Source: an uncultured Patescibacteria group bacterium (lineage in GTDB: Bacteria; Patescibacteriota; Microgenomatia; UBA1400; PJMF01). From it: a stretch of DNA of 64,000 nt. Position 1 is the stretch's first letter. Every line of letters begins with the position of its first letter. Where the stretch lies: contig CAJQIG010000004.1 in the NCBI GenBank assembly GCA_905478415.1, positions 203,523 to 267,522 of the forward strand, read 5' to 3'. The notes under the pieces were generated by a model, which saw nothing but the letters and a program-made list of their open reading frames with translations, did not search any database and was not told the DNA's origin. Below, one piece after another: positions 47,123-57,610 of the stretch. The position numbers and the translations under genes were made by a program.

Positions 47123-47144
47123 ACGTTTCCTTTTGAATCACCGC

Positions 47145-47912
47145 TTACGCTGGTGTGACTTCGTTCCAATCTTTATATCCTTCTGCTTCAAGCTTATCAA
47201 CTAAATCTGGTCCACCACTCTTAACAATCTTACCTCTAACCATCACATGGACAAAATCTGGTTTAAGATACTCAAGAATTCGTTTGTAATGTGTAATAAC
47301 TAAGACACCAGTTTTATGCTTTTTGGTGACTTTTGTAACACCGGCAGCTACTTTTTTAATAGCGTCGATATCAAGACCAGAGTCTGTTTCATCCAACACT
47401 GCATAGGTTGGTTCGAGCACTGCCATCTGTAAAATTTCGAGTTGTTTCTTTTCACCACCACTAAAACCTTCGTTTAAACCACGGGTTAGCAGTTCTGGAG
47501 TAATTTTTAGCTCGGCTGCTAATGATTTGAGATGCTTTCGAAAGTCGATCACTTTTTTGAATTGTTTACTCTCATCTTCAGCAAAGCGAGCCTGATGAGC
47601 TTGACGCAAGAAGTTTTGAACTTTAACTCCAGGGACTTCTACAGGATATTGAAATGCTAAAAATAAACCAAGTTGTGCCCGCTCGTCAGGTGAAAGTTCA
47701 AGCAATGGTGTCCCATTCAAAGTAACTTCCCCACCAATGACTTCATAAGCTGGATGGCCAGCTAAAGTTGCGGCTGTGGTCGATTTTCCAGACCCATTTG
47801 GCCCCATAATAGCATGCACTTCTCCAGGCTTCACTGCTAGTGAAATACCTTTAAGAATGACCGTATCTTCAATTGAAACTTTGAGGTTGGAAATGGTGAG
47901 TTGCTGATTCAT
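47145..47912 (-). CDS. sufC: SufC Fe-S assembly ATPase
   Basis: Walker A GPNGSGKST, the ABC signature LNEGFSGGEKK, and a length of 255 aa. Confidence 0.85.
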   Translation of the reverse strand: MNQQLTISNLKVSIEDTVILKGISLAVKPGEVHAIMGPNGSGKSTTAATLAGHPAYEVIGGEVTLNGTPLLELSPDERAQLGLFLAFQYPVEVPGVKVQNFLRQAHQARFAEDESKQFKKVIDFRKHLKSLAAELKITPELLTRGLNEGFSGGEKKQLEILQMAVLEPTYAVLDETDSGLDIDAIKKVAAGVTKVTKKHKTGVLVITHYKRILEYLKPDFVHVMVRGKIVKSGGPDLVDKLEAEGYKDWNEVTPA

Positions 47913-47960
47913 ACATCCGTATTATAACGGAAATGATAGTGATGACTAGGGAAGATATCC

Positions 47961-49034
47961 TTATCTATGCACAAAGGTACTAAGGCTTTTTTTACCAGTA
48001 AAAATTGTTACCAATTTTGAAATTATTCTGCTAGCTGGACGATGTTTTTTTTGTTCAGACTCAAATTGAGGAGCTGGTTGCCATTGATTCTGCTCATCTC
48101 TCATTCGCCAGTGCATAGCACTAGTCGGATATTCTCTAGCAGGAACAAATGTTGTACTTCTATCTGATGAGCCTGGATTAATGAATGCAGTAATCTTTGT
48201 ATCTGCAATATATACCAATGTATGCGCATAAATACTACCCTGCCAATCATGCCAGACATGGTGAGCATCAAAGCCCAAACGGTTAAGAATACTGTAAAGA
48301 AACGGTGCTTGATGTCTACAGACTCCAAGAGCATCTGCCTCGATTATTTGAGTAATCTGATTAAATGTATCGGCTGCTCTTCCACGACCAATGTAGTCAT
48401 ACGGCATAACCTCATCAACAACATTAGCAGCAAGCAAAATAAGTGACTGCATCGTCTGCTTCTTTTCACTTAAGGCATGAAATCTTACAGTAATTTCATC
48501 TACTGCCGCGTCTACTGTCTTTGACTGATATTTTTCTGGATCAAGAATTGCAAAGTTATTATGAAAGATATATTGATCCACTTTAGGCAGCGGCAGTGTA
48601 ATATCTGTATCAGAATCAATGGGAGCTACTGCTTCGACTGGCTGAGCGACTAACTCTACATACTTATCTCTCAAACCATACGCACTAGGGACCAAATATT
48701 TATTAAGTACTTTGTGATTGGAGTGATAAGCATTAAAAATACGTTTTTTTACATCCACAGCACGAAAATTAGTATCACTTGCTGATGTTGGGATTGAGTC
48801 AATTAAGGTAATTGCCTGATATAACTGTCGCCAATTTTTTGATCTTTCAACGGCACGAGTATATACGGTATCTTGAAGCTGTTGTTCCTCCTCTTTTTTT
48901 TCATGCCTTTTTGGAGCGACTCTATCAGCTACACCATTGAAAACCCCTCTTATTTTGCTTCTTATTTTGGTAGCAAAAGCAACAAGCCTTTCTTTTTTGC
49001 TCATCCGGTTCTGTGATGATTCTAATTCATGCAT
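47961..49034 (-). CDS. Transglutaminase-like domain protein
   Basis: GVCRHQAPFLYSILNRLGFDAHHV matches the TGase-core Cys motif (G.C...A.l....R..GIpAR.V). There are downstream His/Asp candidates. Confidence 0.45.
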   Translation of the reverse strand: MHELESSQNRMSKKERLVAFATKIRSKIRGVFNGVADRVAPKRHEKKEEEQQLQDTVYTRAVERSKNWRQLYQAITLIDSIPTSASDTNFRAVDVKKRIFNAYHSNHKVLNKYLVPSAYGLRDKYVELVAQPVEAVAPIDSDTDITLPLPKVDQYIFHNNFAILDPEKYQSKTVDAAVDEITVRFHALSEKKQTMQSLILLAANVVDEVMPYDYIGRGRAADTFNQITQIIEADALGVCRHQAPFLYSILNRLGFDAHHVWHDWQGSIYAHTLVYIADTKITAFINPGSSDRSTTFVPAREYPTSAMHWRMRDEQNQWQPAPQFESEQKKHRPASRIISKLVTIFTGKKSLSTFVHR

Positions 49035-49086
49035 ATATGAATAATGGTATCACGAGTAGGTACGAAGATGTGTTGAGAGAATTCTT

Positions 49087-49650
49087 TTATTTTGAAAGAC
49101 TAAATCCGAGGGCAATTTCATTTCGAATATCTGCTTTTGTCTCGATATTTAAGATCTCTTCTAGAGAGAACCATGCAATGCCATCTGTTTCTTCAGTGTT
49201 TTGGGTAAATTCAAAACCATCTACAGCTTTGAGTAAATAGAAAAAACCGACATGCTGTTCACAGCCGCGTTTCCATTTTTTTGTAGGAACTCGTTTCGAT
49301 GTGTCTTCCGCTTGCATGCGCAAATCGTAGCTTTCGTGGTTAACCCAATGCACATTTGTGGAAATAGGATTAGGAAAGAAGGTGGAATCTTCACCTCCGC
49401 CAACTAATGACTCAACAAATGGATCGAAAGCAACGACCTTAACACCCGTCTCTTCCCAAAATTCGCGCTCTGCTGCTTGGTGGGGAAGCTCATCCTTATC
49501 AATGTGTCCTCCAGGGTTGAGCCAAATACCCAGTTTTTTATGTTTGACCAATAAGACCTTGCCTTCGTGGATGAGCATACCGCCCGCGGTATAACAGAGT
49601 TTTGGTTGTGGATTTTGAGAAGTCATAGTACTTTCTATTCTATCATTCAT
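49087..49650 (-). CDS. NUDIX hydrolase
   Basis: Nudix box REFWEETGVKV. Confidence 0.7.
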   Translation of the reverse strand: MNDRIESTMTSQNPQPKLCYTAGGMLIHEGKVLLVKHKKLGIWLNPGGHIDKDELPHQAAEREFWEETGVKVVAFDPFVESLVGGGEDSTFFPNPISTNVHWVNHESYDLRMQAEDTSKRVPTKKWKRGCEQHVGFFYLLKAVDGFEFTQNTEETDGIAWFSLEEILNIETKADIRNEIALGFSLSK

Positions 49651-49691
49651 TCCTTTTATAATTTTTTTTCAACCGGGTCTAGATAAAAAAA

Positions 49692-50276
49692 TTATAAAAG
49701 ACTCATCTGCACCCCAGCATCTTTTTGGGGAGTAAAACTAAAATCAACTTGTGCTTCAATTAAGCGATTCCATTTATTCTTAAATTTAACATGACCTTTT
49801 TGCAAACCATAATCATACACATCACGCGTCACCGCAACATCCTGGATACAATACTTTTCCAGTTTGTCCCACTCTTTATTCTTGAAGTATTTAATAGCAT
49901 CGAGCCCATCACCTGTTTTTCCAATGCCAAGTGTTTCGTGAGCGACTGCATCTAAACCAATTCGATGACCAACGCTATCTTTAATTCTACCCATGACATC
50001 CAGTGTTGGAATTTTTGAAATGTCAGCATTGTAATAATTAGTGAACGTGGGCATATCAAAACCATCAATATTAAACCCAATGACTACATCTGCTTTTTCC
50101 AATAAGGGAAATAAATTGGGCAAATCTTTCTCAAAGTAGCTCTGCATCTCACCTTTGCCAGTGAAACCTTCACGAACACAAACACCAACAAATGAAATTC
50201 CTAGTTTCTCGGGAAAAAATCCACCCACTTCGTCAAATGTCCGCTTCGTTTCGACATCTAGAATAACTTGCAACAT
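49692..50276 (-). CDS. DEDD-family 3'-5' exonuclease-like protein
   Basis: Exo I VILDVET, Exo II GFNIDGFD, and Exo III YCIQDVAVTRDVY (DEDDy). Confidence 0.5.
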   Translation of the reverse strand: MLQVILDVETKRTFDEVGGFFPEKLGISFVGVCVREGFTGKGEMQSYFEKDLPNLFPLLEKADVVIGFNIDGFDMPTFTNYYNADISKIPTLDVMGRIKDSVGHRIGLDAVAHETLGIGKTGDGLDAIKYFKNKEWDKLEKYCIQDVAVTRDVYDYGLQKGHVKFKNKWNRLIEAQVDFSFTPQKDAGVQMSLL

Positions 50277-50340
50277 ACACCCTTCCTAACGAGTAACAAC
50301 TCTTAGGCATCTATTTTTGTACTCAGTAAAAAACAACTTT

Positions 50341-50943
50341 TTACGCGGCGGCTTCAAATCGACGAGCAACCTCTTCCCAGTCTACAACATTCCAGAATGA
50401 AAGAATATAATCTGGTCGACGATTTTGATAGTTAAGGTAGTAGGCATGTTCCCAGACATCCAGTCCCAAAATTGGAGAGCCATCAAGTCCGGTGATATCC
50501 ATGAGTGGATTATCTTGATTTGGAGTTGATCCAACTGAAAGTTCACCCTCGTGCACAACGAGCCAAGCCCATCCGGAACCAAACTGTGTGGCTGCTGCTG
50601 TACTAAACTGAGTTTTGAATTCCTCGAACGAACCAAAGCTTTGAGTAATTGCATCAGCAAGAGCACCGGTTGGCTCTCCGCCACCTTGTGAGCTCATGAT
50701 TGACCAGAAGAGTGAGTGATTGTAAAAGCCACCACCATTGTTTCGAACAGCTGTAGATTCTTCTGAGACTTTAGCCAAGATTTCTTCAATGGTTTTTTCA
50801 GCAAGTGATGAGCCTTCAATAGCTGCATTCAGCTTGTCTGTGTATCCTTGATGATGCTTCGTGTAGTGAATTTCCATAGTGCGAGCATCGATGTGCGGCT
50901 CGAGGGCTGCAAATTCGTAGTTTAGTTTTGGGAGGGTGAACAT
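50341..50943 (-). CDS. sodA: Fe/Mn superoxide dismutase
   Basis: Contains [31 protein letters not shown] and a DVWEHAYY C-terminal motif. Confidence 0.9.
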   Translation of the reverse strand: MFTLPKLNYEFAALEPHIDARTMEIHYTKHHQGYTDKLNAAIEGSSLAEKTIEEILAKVSEESTAVRNNGGGFYNHSLFWSIMSSQGGGEPTGALADAITQSFGSFEEFKTQFSTAAATQFGSGWAWLVVHEGELSVGSTPNQDNPLMDITGLDGSPILGLDVWEHAYYLNYQNRRPDYILSFWNVVDWEEVARRFEAAA

Positions 50944-50975
50944 AGGTTTCCTTTATTTGTAATTTTTGTTGACAA

Positions 50976-51746
50976 TTAGGTATCAAGCTCATCCATTTGA
51001 GTAGCTAGAGCAATTGCTTTTCTTTCTAACTCTGCCATCAGTTCAGCTACATACCCCTTAAATTCTGAAATAAATTTTTCTATATCTAGATCCTTGAAGA
51101 TTGGCTCAAACAAGTCATCAGCATATGTAGACTCCACTGGGACCCCTTCGCGATCAGTTTTATCATAAGAAACTACAATGGCTGTTTCTGCATCTCCCCT
51201 TCCATATGTACGCTTGTTTACCATATCTGCAATGGGGTGATCAACCTCTGGAAAAATAGAACCATAAAGTCTTGTCTCAAGATAATCAATGTCAATTTGA
51301 CTTCTAGCATCAAGTGAAAAAACCTTGTGTGGAAAAGCTTTCCTCCAAGGTGTTTCTGTTGTGGTATCAAAATTCCTCGAATTTACCTGACTTCCGAACT
51401 TTTCGTCTAGTTTCTGCATCAGAGTACGCCATTCTTGTTGATCAAAATCTCGGAATAATTGAAATTTTGCATCTCTTTTAGAATCTCCAGATACAATTTT
51501 ATTACGCAATGGGCTAACAATTTTTTGATAGTCAGCACGGAGAGTAAAAAATTCTTGAATTAACGCTTTTCGTTCGAGACCTCTGCTCGAAGGTCTTAAT
51601 TCAATTTGTTGGTACTTTTTTTCAATTTGTTGTCTTCTTTTTTGCTCTTGCTTGTATTCCTTCGCTTGATTTTTTTGAGCTCTCTGCTCTGCGTTTACCT
51701 GCTGTCTCGCTAACAAGTTTGACAGTCTAAATGGCATCTCTGGCAT
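50976..51746 (-). CDS. Hypothetical protein
   Basis: Clean 256-aa ORF with a basic, coiled N-terminus. No motif recognised. Confidence 0.35.
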   Translation of the reverse strand: MPEMPFRLSNLLARQQVNAEQRAQKNQAKEYKQEQKRRQQIEKKYQQIELRPSSRGLERKALIQEFFTLRADYQKIVSPLRNKIVSGDSKRDAKFQLFRDFDQQEWRTLMQKLDEKFGSQVNSRNFDTTTETPWRKAFPHKVFSLDARSQIDIDYLETRLYGSIFPEVDHPIADMVNKRTYGRGDAETAIVVSYDKTDREGVPVESTYADDLFEPIFKDLDIEKFISEFKGYVAELMAELERKAIALATQMDELDT

Positions 51747-51758
51747 ATCTCACCCTTT

Positions 51759-52238
51759 CTATCTTTTATCCTGAAGTTCAGCAAACTTCTTAACAAACTT
51801 TTGCGCATCCCCGTGCTCAAATCCATAGACACTGACTGAAGAATTCATCTGAGTAAACACTATCGCACTGATACCAAAAAGTTTATCGACAAAGTCTTGG
51901 TGCACATACATAGTGGCAATTTTTTGAATAGGAACGGTAAAGCTGTTACTGGTAAAACCAGTACTTTCTCCAGAAAGTTGAGTTTTAGTCAATTCAATGT
52001 AGCTCCCCTTAGCTTGTAAGACTGCATCAAAAACTCTTGAGAACCAGTAAGCAACTGTGGCAAGTATACTGAGTAAAAGCGCCAAAAACTGAACCATATC
52101 TGGTGCTACAAACTCAGCTGAGGCTAACAGAAATGAAAAACCAATCACTGCCACTACAAAGACCATAGCAGCTTTTTGCAGAGATTGAAAAAGGTGACTC
52201 ACAATCAAGGGCAGTACTTTTTTAACAGTTATCTTCAT
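51759..52238 (-). CDS. Membrane protein with bacterial PH (bPH_2/YdbS-like) domain
   Basis: Two TM helices followed by the YIELTKTQL...IPIQKIATMYVHQDFVDKLFGISAIVF pattern. Confidence 0.45.
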   Translation of the reverse strand: MKITVKKVLPLIVSHLFQSLQKAAMVFVVAVIGFSFLLASAEFVAPDMVQFLALLLSILATVAYWFSRVFDAVLQAKGSYIELTKTQLSGESTGFTSNSFTVPIQKIATMYVHQDFVDKLFGISAIVFTQMNSSVSVYGFEHGDAQKFVKKFAELQDKR

Positions 52239-52240
52239 AG

Positions 52241-52543
52241 TTATTTTTTCTTCTTTTCTAAGGTACCAAACATCCCCATAACTTCAAGTACTAAGTAGGC
52301 TGCAAACGAGTACACAAAAATAGCAAACAGAGTTGTGAACTCAAGTACAAAACGCCCTTTCACACTTGGTGACGGAAAAACATATTGAAACGGAGCTAAA
52401 AGCGGCTCGGTATTTTCGTACAACCAAGCAACGAACGGAGCGGCTGTACTCGCCCCAAATAAGCGGGCTACAAATCTAACTGAAAGTAAAAGCTCGATCA
52501 GTGAGACTAACATATAGGTCATATTTTGTAGTAAGCGACTCAT
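52241..52543 (-). CDS. Small membrane protein
   Basis: 100 aa, three hydrophobic helices, Lys tail. Confidence 0.35.
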   Translation of the reverse strand: MSRLLQNMTYMLVSLIELLLSVRFVARLFGASTAAPFVAWLYENTEPLLAPFQYVFPSPSVKGRFVLEFTTLFAIFVYSFAAYLVLEVMGMFGTLEKKKK

Positions 52544-52560
52544 GGTGCTCCTTTCTTTCT

Positions 52561-53433
52561 TTATTCTGTCTTTTCCTGTTCTTTAGCAGTGAACTCGTTT
52601 GTAATTCTCACTAGTTCCAACAAGTGATCTCGGCTCTGATGTTCAATCTCAGTTTCGAGCATCGAAACATCAACTGAGCCATCTGTCCCTTCGGCATGTG
52701 AAACTTTAGGCCAAAAGACATCTCCCATTAAAAATCCTTGAGCTCCACTTTCGAGACTGGCTCGAAGCTCACGCTTGCAGTCTTCATACTCACCGCTACG
52801 CGAAGTCAGTATCCAAGGAATATCAAGTTCTGCTGTTATGGTCACTGCTGCCAAACTATCTCCCAGATACTCAAGTGCAATCACATCACAGCTTTCTCTG
52901 AACTCCTGGACCGCGAGGAGCTGAGCTTCGATCATACCCTCTGGAGACGGCTTTTCGTGTGCTTGATGATATACCAAAAGTTCCAAAACAAATTCAATTC
53001 CTTCATACTGGCAGTAGTCATAAAACTCAGCCACCATTTGCTTTTTAATGGCTGCTTGCTGCTCGGCTGGGTGATAGTACAACTCGAGCTTAGCCACTGC
53101 ATAGTTATTAGCAATGTTCTCAACACTCCAGTTCTCAACTAAGCTAGGAACTACCAGGGGGTCAACTGCAGGAGTTTTTTTCTCAAGACTCAGCAAAGGC
53201 ACACAAGTGGCAGCAACAGTTTCTCGATGACGAAAGGAATGTTCTGGGGACAAAACCACCCCACTGACATGCTTGGTGTACACCTCAATCATTTTCTGGG
53301 TTAACTGTGAGACTATGGCAGCATGATCAGAATTGGACAGCTGCAGCTCCATTGCATCAGCCATAGCTGGGACTCGATCAAGTTCGAGCAGAGTAAACAT
53401 TCCTTCTTTAGTACGAAGCGCATCAATAGTCAT
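52561..53433 (-). CDS. Hypothetical protein
   Basis: 290-aa clean ORF. No motif recognised. Confidence 0.35.
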   Translation of the reverse strand: MTIDALRTKEGMFTLLELDRVPAMADAMELQLSNSDHAAIVSQLTQKMIEVYTKHVSGVVLSPEHSFRHRETVAATCVPLLSLEKKTPAVDPLVVPSLVENWSVENIANNYAVAKLELYYHPAEQQAAIKKQMVAEFYDYCQYEGIEFVLELLVYHQAHEKPSPEGMIEAQLLAVQEFRESCDVIALEYLGDSLAAVTITAELDIPWILTSRSGEYEDCKRELRASLESGAQGFLMGDVFWPKVSHAEGTDGSVDVSMLETEIEHQSRDHLLELVRITNEFTAKEQEKTE

Positions 53434-53487
53434 GCAGTTAGTATACTGGATTTTGATGCGAATGGCGAATTTGGGTGGGGAAAGAAA

Positions 53488-53516
53488 AGAGCGCCCGGCA
53501 GGATGCCGAGCGCTCT
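53488..53516 (-). terminator. Terminator hairpin downstream of pnp (repeat copy 1)
   Basis: AGAGCGCCCGGCA-GGA-TGCCGAGCGCTCT forms a 13-bp stem with 1 mismatch, followed by a U-rich stretch on the minus-strand transcript. The 25-nt core is identical to the copy at 57611..57635. Confidence 0.55.
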
Positions 53517-53549
53517 CTCAATTGCGACTTATTCTAAAAGCTCAGAAAC

Positions 53550-55844
53550 TTAGCGTCTTCCGCCTCTGTCTCCACCACGGTATCCGCCACCGCCACCTCG
53601 GCGATCTCGGCCACCGTTGAAACGAGGTCTGCCTCCTCCGTTGCCACCGCCATTGCGGTCACCACCTCGGGATTGAGCACGTTTTTCTTTCGCTTCTGCC
53701 TCTTGTTCTTCGGTCAACATAGTTAAACCGATTTTGCCATCATCTTTAATTTCGGCAATACGAACATGTACGGAGTCACCAACTTTTACCATTTCAGATG
53801 CATCTTGCACATACTCGGTGCTCATAGCACTGACGTGAACGAGTCCTTCTCGACCTGGCAAGTACTCTACAAAAGCTCCGTAGCCTTCAACTCGGGTAAC
53901 TGTACCATCAAAAGCTTCACCTGGTTCAACCACGCGCATCATGTTAGTGATGATGTTGTGAGCAGCGTCAATTTGAGCCTGGTCTGATGAAGAAATGTTG
54001 ACGATTCCGAGTTCATTCTCGTTATCTTCTTCAACATTAATGTCAGCACCTGTTTGCTCAATAATACCTTTAATAATTTTTCCTCCAGGACCAATAAGTT
54101 CACCAATGCGCTTTGCAGGAATGGTAATCTGGACCACTTTTGGAGCATATTCACTCAAAGTTGTTCTCTTCTCTGGAAGAGCCTTCATCATCTCATCCAT
54201 AATGTGGATGCGACCAACACGAGCTTGCTCAAGAGCTTGCTCTAAGACTGGGCGAGGAATACCTTTGAGTTTAATGTCCATTTGAATAGCTGTAATACCT
54301 TCGGTAGTTCCTGAAACTTTAAAGTCCATGTCACCAACGTGATCTTCAAGACCTTGAATGTCAGAGAGAACAATGAACTGTTTACCATCAGACATAAGTC
54401 CCATTGCAATACCAGAAACTGGACGCTTGATTGGAACACCTGCGGCCATGAGAGAAAGAGTTGAACCACAAACAGAAGCTTGTGAAGTTGAACCATTTGA
54501 ACTCATGATTTCTGTAAGCACGTGGATCGTGTAGGGGAAGTCTTCTTGTGAAGGAATAACTGGCATCAAGGCACGCTCTGCTAAAGCTCCATGACCAATT
54601 TCACGACGTTTTGCGAAACCAAATCGACCGGTACTACCAAATGAGTACGGAGGTGAACTGTAGTGATGGAAGTAGTGACTGGTGGCTTCCCCTTCAATAC
54701 TTTCGATCAACTGTCCAAGTGATGGGTTACCGAGTGTTACCACCGTAACGCCTTGAGTAGCTCCACGCTTAAACATTGCTGAACCATGCGTTCTTGGGAA
54801 TACATCGACTTCACTCCAGATATCTCTGATTTCATCAGTTGCTCTCCCATCAGGGCGAGATCCATCTTCGAAAATGAATGATCGGGCTGCAGTTTTGAGT
54901 GCTTTATCCATAGCTTCTGAAACTTGACCAGCTGTGTAGAGTTCATCTTCACCGCGACCTTCGTTTACTTTTGCAAGCACAACTTCCTCGAGTTCGCTGA
55001 CACCAGCTGCTTCTAGAGTAGCTTTCTTAACAACAGCAGCTCTCGTTTCTTTTTTGAATGTTGAAAAAATTGTATCTGCGAGAGTTTTAATTTCTGCTTG
55101 TGCAGCAGCATCATCTTCAGAGATAAGTTCGACTTTGTCTTTTCCGATTTCAGCCACAATTTCGTTGATAGCTGTACAGACTTTTCCAAGTTCTTCTTGA
55201 GCTTTTACTAACGCTTCAATCATAACTGGCTCTGAAATTTCGTTAGCACCAGCTTCTACCATCACAATGGCATCACCTGATCCTGAAACAATGAGATCTA
55301 AATCACCGCAGGTTTCTTGCTGGGTGATAGTTGGATTAAAAGTGAAGGTTTTATCTTCCTTATTGTATCCAAGCTTAAGACCAGCCATTGGACCATCAAA
55401 GGGAATTGATGAAATTGCTAAACCAAGAGCACTTCCAAGGAGACCAAGCATATCTGGGTTATTTTCACCATCAAATGAGAAAACAGTGTTGATAACTTGA
55501 ACTTCGTTAGTAATTCCTGCTGGAAATAATGGACGAAGTGAACGGTCGATAACACGAGCTTTCAAGATTTCCTTATCAAGTGGACGACCAGGTCGTTTCA
55601 CCCAACGTGAACCTTTAATAATTCCAGCTGCGTTTAATTTTTCGGTAAACTCAACAGAAAGTGGGAAGTACCCCAAATTAACTTTTCTGCCCAAACCAAT
55701 AGTGGTATGAACAACTGTTTCACCACAAGTGAGTAACACAGCTGCATCTGCTTGTTGTGCAAATTTTCCTACTTCGATAGTGATAGTTTTATCACCAAGC
55801 GTTATATCCCGCTTGTACGTTTTTGGGTACACAGGGTATGACAT
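53550..55844 (-). CDS. pnp: Polynucleotide phosphorylase with C-terminal RGG-rich tail
   Basis: Two RNase PH domains, KH and S1 domains (..GDSVHVRIAEIKDDGKIGLTM). The last roughly 60 aa read RGGDRNGGGNGGGRPRFNGGRDRRGGGGGYRGGDRGGRR. Confidence 0.9.
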   Translation of the reverse strand: MSYPVYPKTYKRDITLGDKTITIEVGKFAQQADAAVLLTCGETVVHTTIGLGRKVNLGYFPLSVEFTEKLNAAGIIKGSRWVKRPGRPLDKEILKARVIDRSLRPLFPAGITNEVQVINTVFSFDGENNPDMLGLLGSALGLAISSIPFDGPMAGLKLGYNKEDKTFTFNPTITQQETCGDLDLIVSGSGDAIVMVEAGANEISEPVMIEALVKAQEELGKVCTAINEIVAEIGKDKVELISEDDAAAQAEIKTLADTIFSTFKKETRAAVVKKATLEAAGVSELEEVVLAKVNEGRGEDELYTAGQVSEAMDKALKTAARSFIFEDGSRPDGRATDEIRDIWSEVDVFPRTHGSAMFKRGATQGVTVVTLGNPSLGQLIESIEGEATSHYFHHYSSPPYSFGSTGRFGFAKRREIGHGALAERALMPVIPSQEDFPYTIHVLTEIMSSNGSTSQASVCGSTLSLMAAGVPIKRPVSGIAMGLMSDGKQFIVLSDIQGLEDHVGDMDFKVSGTTEGITAIQMDIKLKGIPRPVLEQALEQARVGRIHIMDEMMKALPEKRTTLSEYAPKVVQITIPAKRIGELIGPGGKIIKGIIEQTGADINVEEDNENELGIVNISSSDQAQIDAAHNIITNMMRVVEPGEAFDGTVTRVEGYGAFVEYLPGREGLVHVSAMSTEYVQDASEMVKVGDSVHVRIAEIKDDGKIGLTMLTEEQEAEAKEKRAQSRGGDRNGGGNGGGRPRFNGGRDRRGGGGGYRGGDRGGRR

Positions 55845-56054
55845 ATAATCCTTTCCCCTCTGCCATGCAGAAGGAAGATGAGGTGAGAACTGTTGAGTAT
55901 TCTGGAGAAGAGATAATTATTGAAATGCTTCTCAATTACCTACTCTCTTGAATCCTCAGCTCTCCCGTCTTTTATTTTTACTAGGGGTAGTATACCAAAA
56001 AAGCTCCATGAATAGAACCCACAGAGCTTTTTGTTTCTATTTTTTAAAACCAAA

Positions 56055-56684
56055 CTATTCGAGACGCTTAACGAGTCTATTGTAGAACATTACATAACTG
56101 AGTCCTGCAACTGGAGCAGTCACAAACACACCTACAATCAATCCAAAAAGACCAAGGTATGCCAGCGCAATTGTAGCTCCAAAGAGACCCACAAGCTCCC
56201 ACTTCACACCATCTGTCATCTTTGCACTAGCTGCCAAAGCTTCTTTTGGACCCATCTTTTTATCAATAATTAAGAATGGAACAAAGTAGTACTTCAAAGA
56301 AAAGTAAATACCAGGCAAGATAAAGAGCAAGGTTCCACCGAGTACAATCAGCATCATCATGATAGTACCAATAACATAGTTAATGACTTGTGGGAACATA
56401 TCGGTAAATGTCTCAACAGTAATCTCTTTTCCTCGAGTCAAGTTAATATACCCCTGGACTACTCCCATACTAACCACCATCTGGGCCACCATGTACAGAA
56501 ATCCAACAAAAAGAGCCATCAGCCCAAAATCTTCACCTAATGCTTTCACTATCAGTGAATACACTACTGCAACTAAGACTGGAATGAGATACAGACCGTA
56601 CACCAAATGCCACTTTTCTTTAAATAAGTTCCAAGACCCATGAATAGCCTCCGAAATCGCAAACCCTGATACTGCTTTAGACAT
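56055..56684 (-). CDS. Polytopic membrane protein (GlpQ/UgpQ-membrane-domain-like?), function unknown
   Basis: Six predicted TM helices. No catalytic motif. Confidence 0.35.
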   Translation of the reverse strand: MSKAVSGFAISEAIHGSWNLFKEKWHLVYGLYLIPVLVAVVYSLIVKALGEDFGLMALFVGFLYMVAQMVVSMGVVQGYINLTRGKEITVETFTDMFPQVINYVIGTIMMMLIVLGGTLLFILPGIYFSLKYYFVPFLIIDKKMGPKEALAASAKMTDGVKWELVGLFGATIALAYLGLFGLIVGVFVTAPVAGLSYVMFYNRLVKRLE

Positions 56685-56843
56685 ATGTCCTTTCTGAAAA
56701 CATCTCTTGATACTGGATGTAGTACTCTAGGTATCAGTATACAACATCTTGTAGTAGCTGAATATATCTAGTAAAAAAAATAAAACTGGAGAGCGATAGT
56801 GAAGTGGGGAATCATTCAGACTTCCCCACTCTATCTTTAATAT

Positions 56844-57458
56844 CTAGAAACCAAGTCGCATGCTCATCACTCGTAAAAATAAGAAGCCAATGCATACGAC
56901 TACCAACAAAGGCAGCACCATCCAGACCTCAAAGGTAAAGGATGTCGAGTGTGAGCGGGTGACAACAGCCGGTGCTGTTGCCAAATTGAGGTTATTCATC
57001 AAGTGACCTGATTCGGCCATTTGTAACCCAAACTCAGCTGCCAAAGCTTCAACATATGGCGGTGGACAAGGGAATTGATCCGTTGTCTGCCAAACAAAGT
57101 TGCTGGCAACACCAAAGAACACTCCCATTCCTCCCTGCAGTACTGCTGGTTCAGAAAAATAGTCGTAACCTGGCAATCTATTCATTTGACTTTCAGTATC
57201 ACGAATCACATTTCCATCTGAGCCAGAGTCGTCATATAATACTTGAGCTCGACAATAACTCGGGCCACGCCCATTGTCATCTTGAAAAAAATGAAGCCCA
57301 CGAAATCGGGATCCAGCATTCTGAATCGCTTGCCGAATCAACTCTTCAGATCCAGGAGGCGGCAATGCCGCTTGTGCCTCGACCTGACGAATTGGAATCA
57401 CTAATGACGTAGACAAAAGTAGAATTGCAAAAAAAACGGATACGATCTTGTTTAACAT
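56844..57458 (-). CDS. Secreted, C-terminally anchored hypothetical protein
   Basis: Signal peptide (LLLSTSLVIPIRQVEA|QA) and C-terminal TM (VWMVLPLLVVVCIGFLFL). Confidence 0.35.
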   Translation of the reverse strand: MLNKIVSVFFAILLLSTSLVIPIRQVEAQAALPPPGSEELIRQAIQNAGSRFRGLHFFQDDNGRGPSYCRAQVLYDDSGSDGNVIRDTESQMNRLPGYDYFSEPAVLQGGMGVFFGVASNFVWQTTDQFPCPPPYVEALAAEFGLQMAESGHLMNNLNLATAPAVVTRSHSTSFTFEVWMVLPLLVVVCIGFLFLRVMSMRLGF

Positions 57459-57610
57459 AGTCTCTCCAGTTTTTAAAGAATAAAAGGGAAATGAATTTCC
57501 CTAAAAATATAATTTCTTATCCGCAATGAACAAGATTATGTCCTGTATTGTATCATAATGAATATTATAGGTCAATTTTAAATATGTCTTATGATGTTTT
57601 AGTACTAAAA

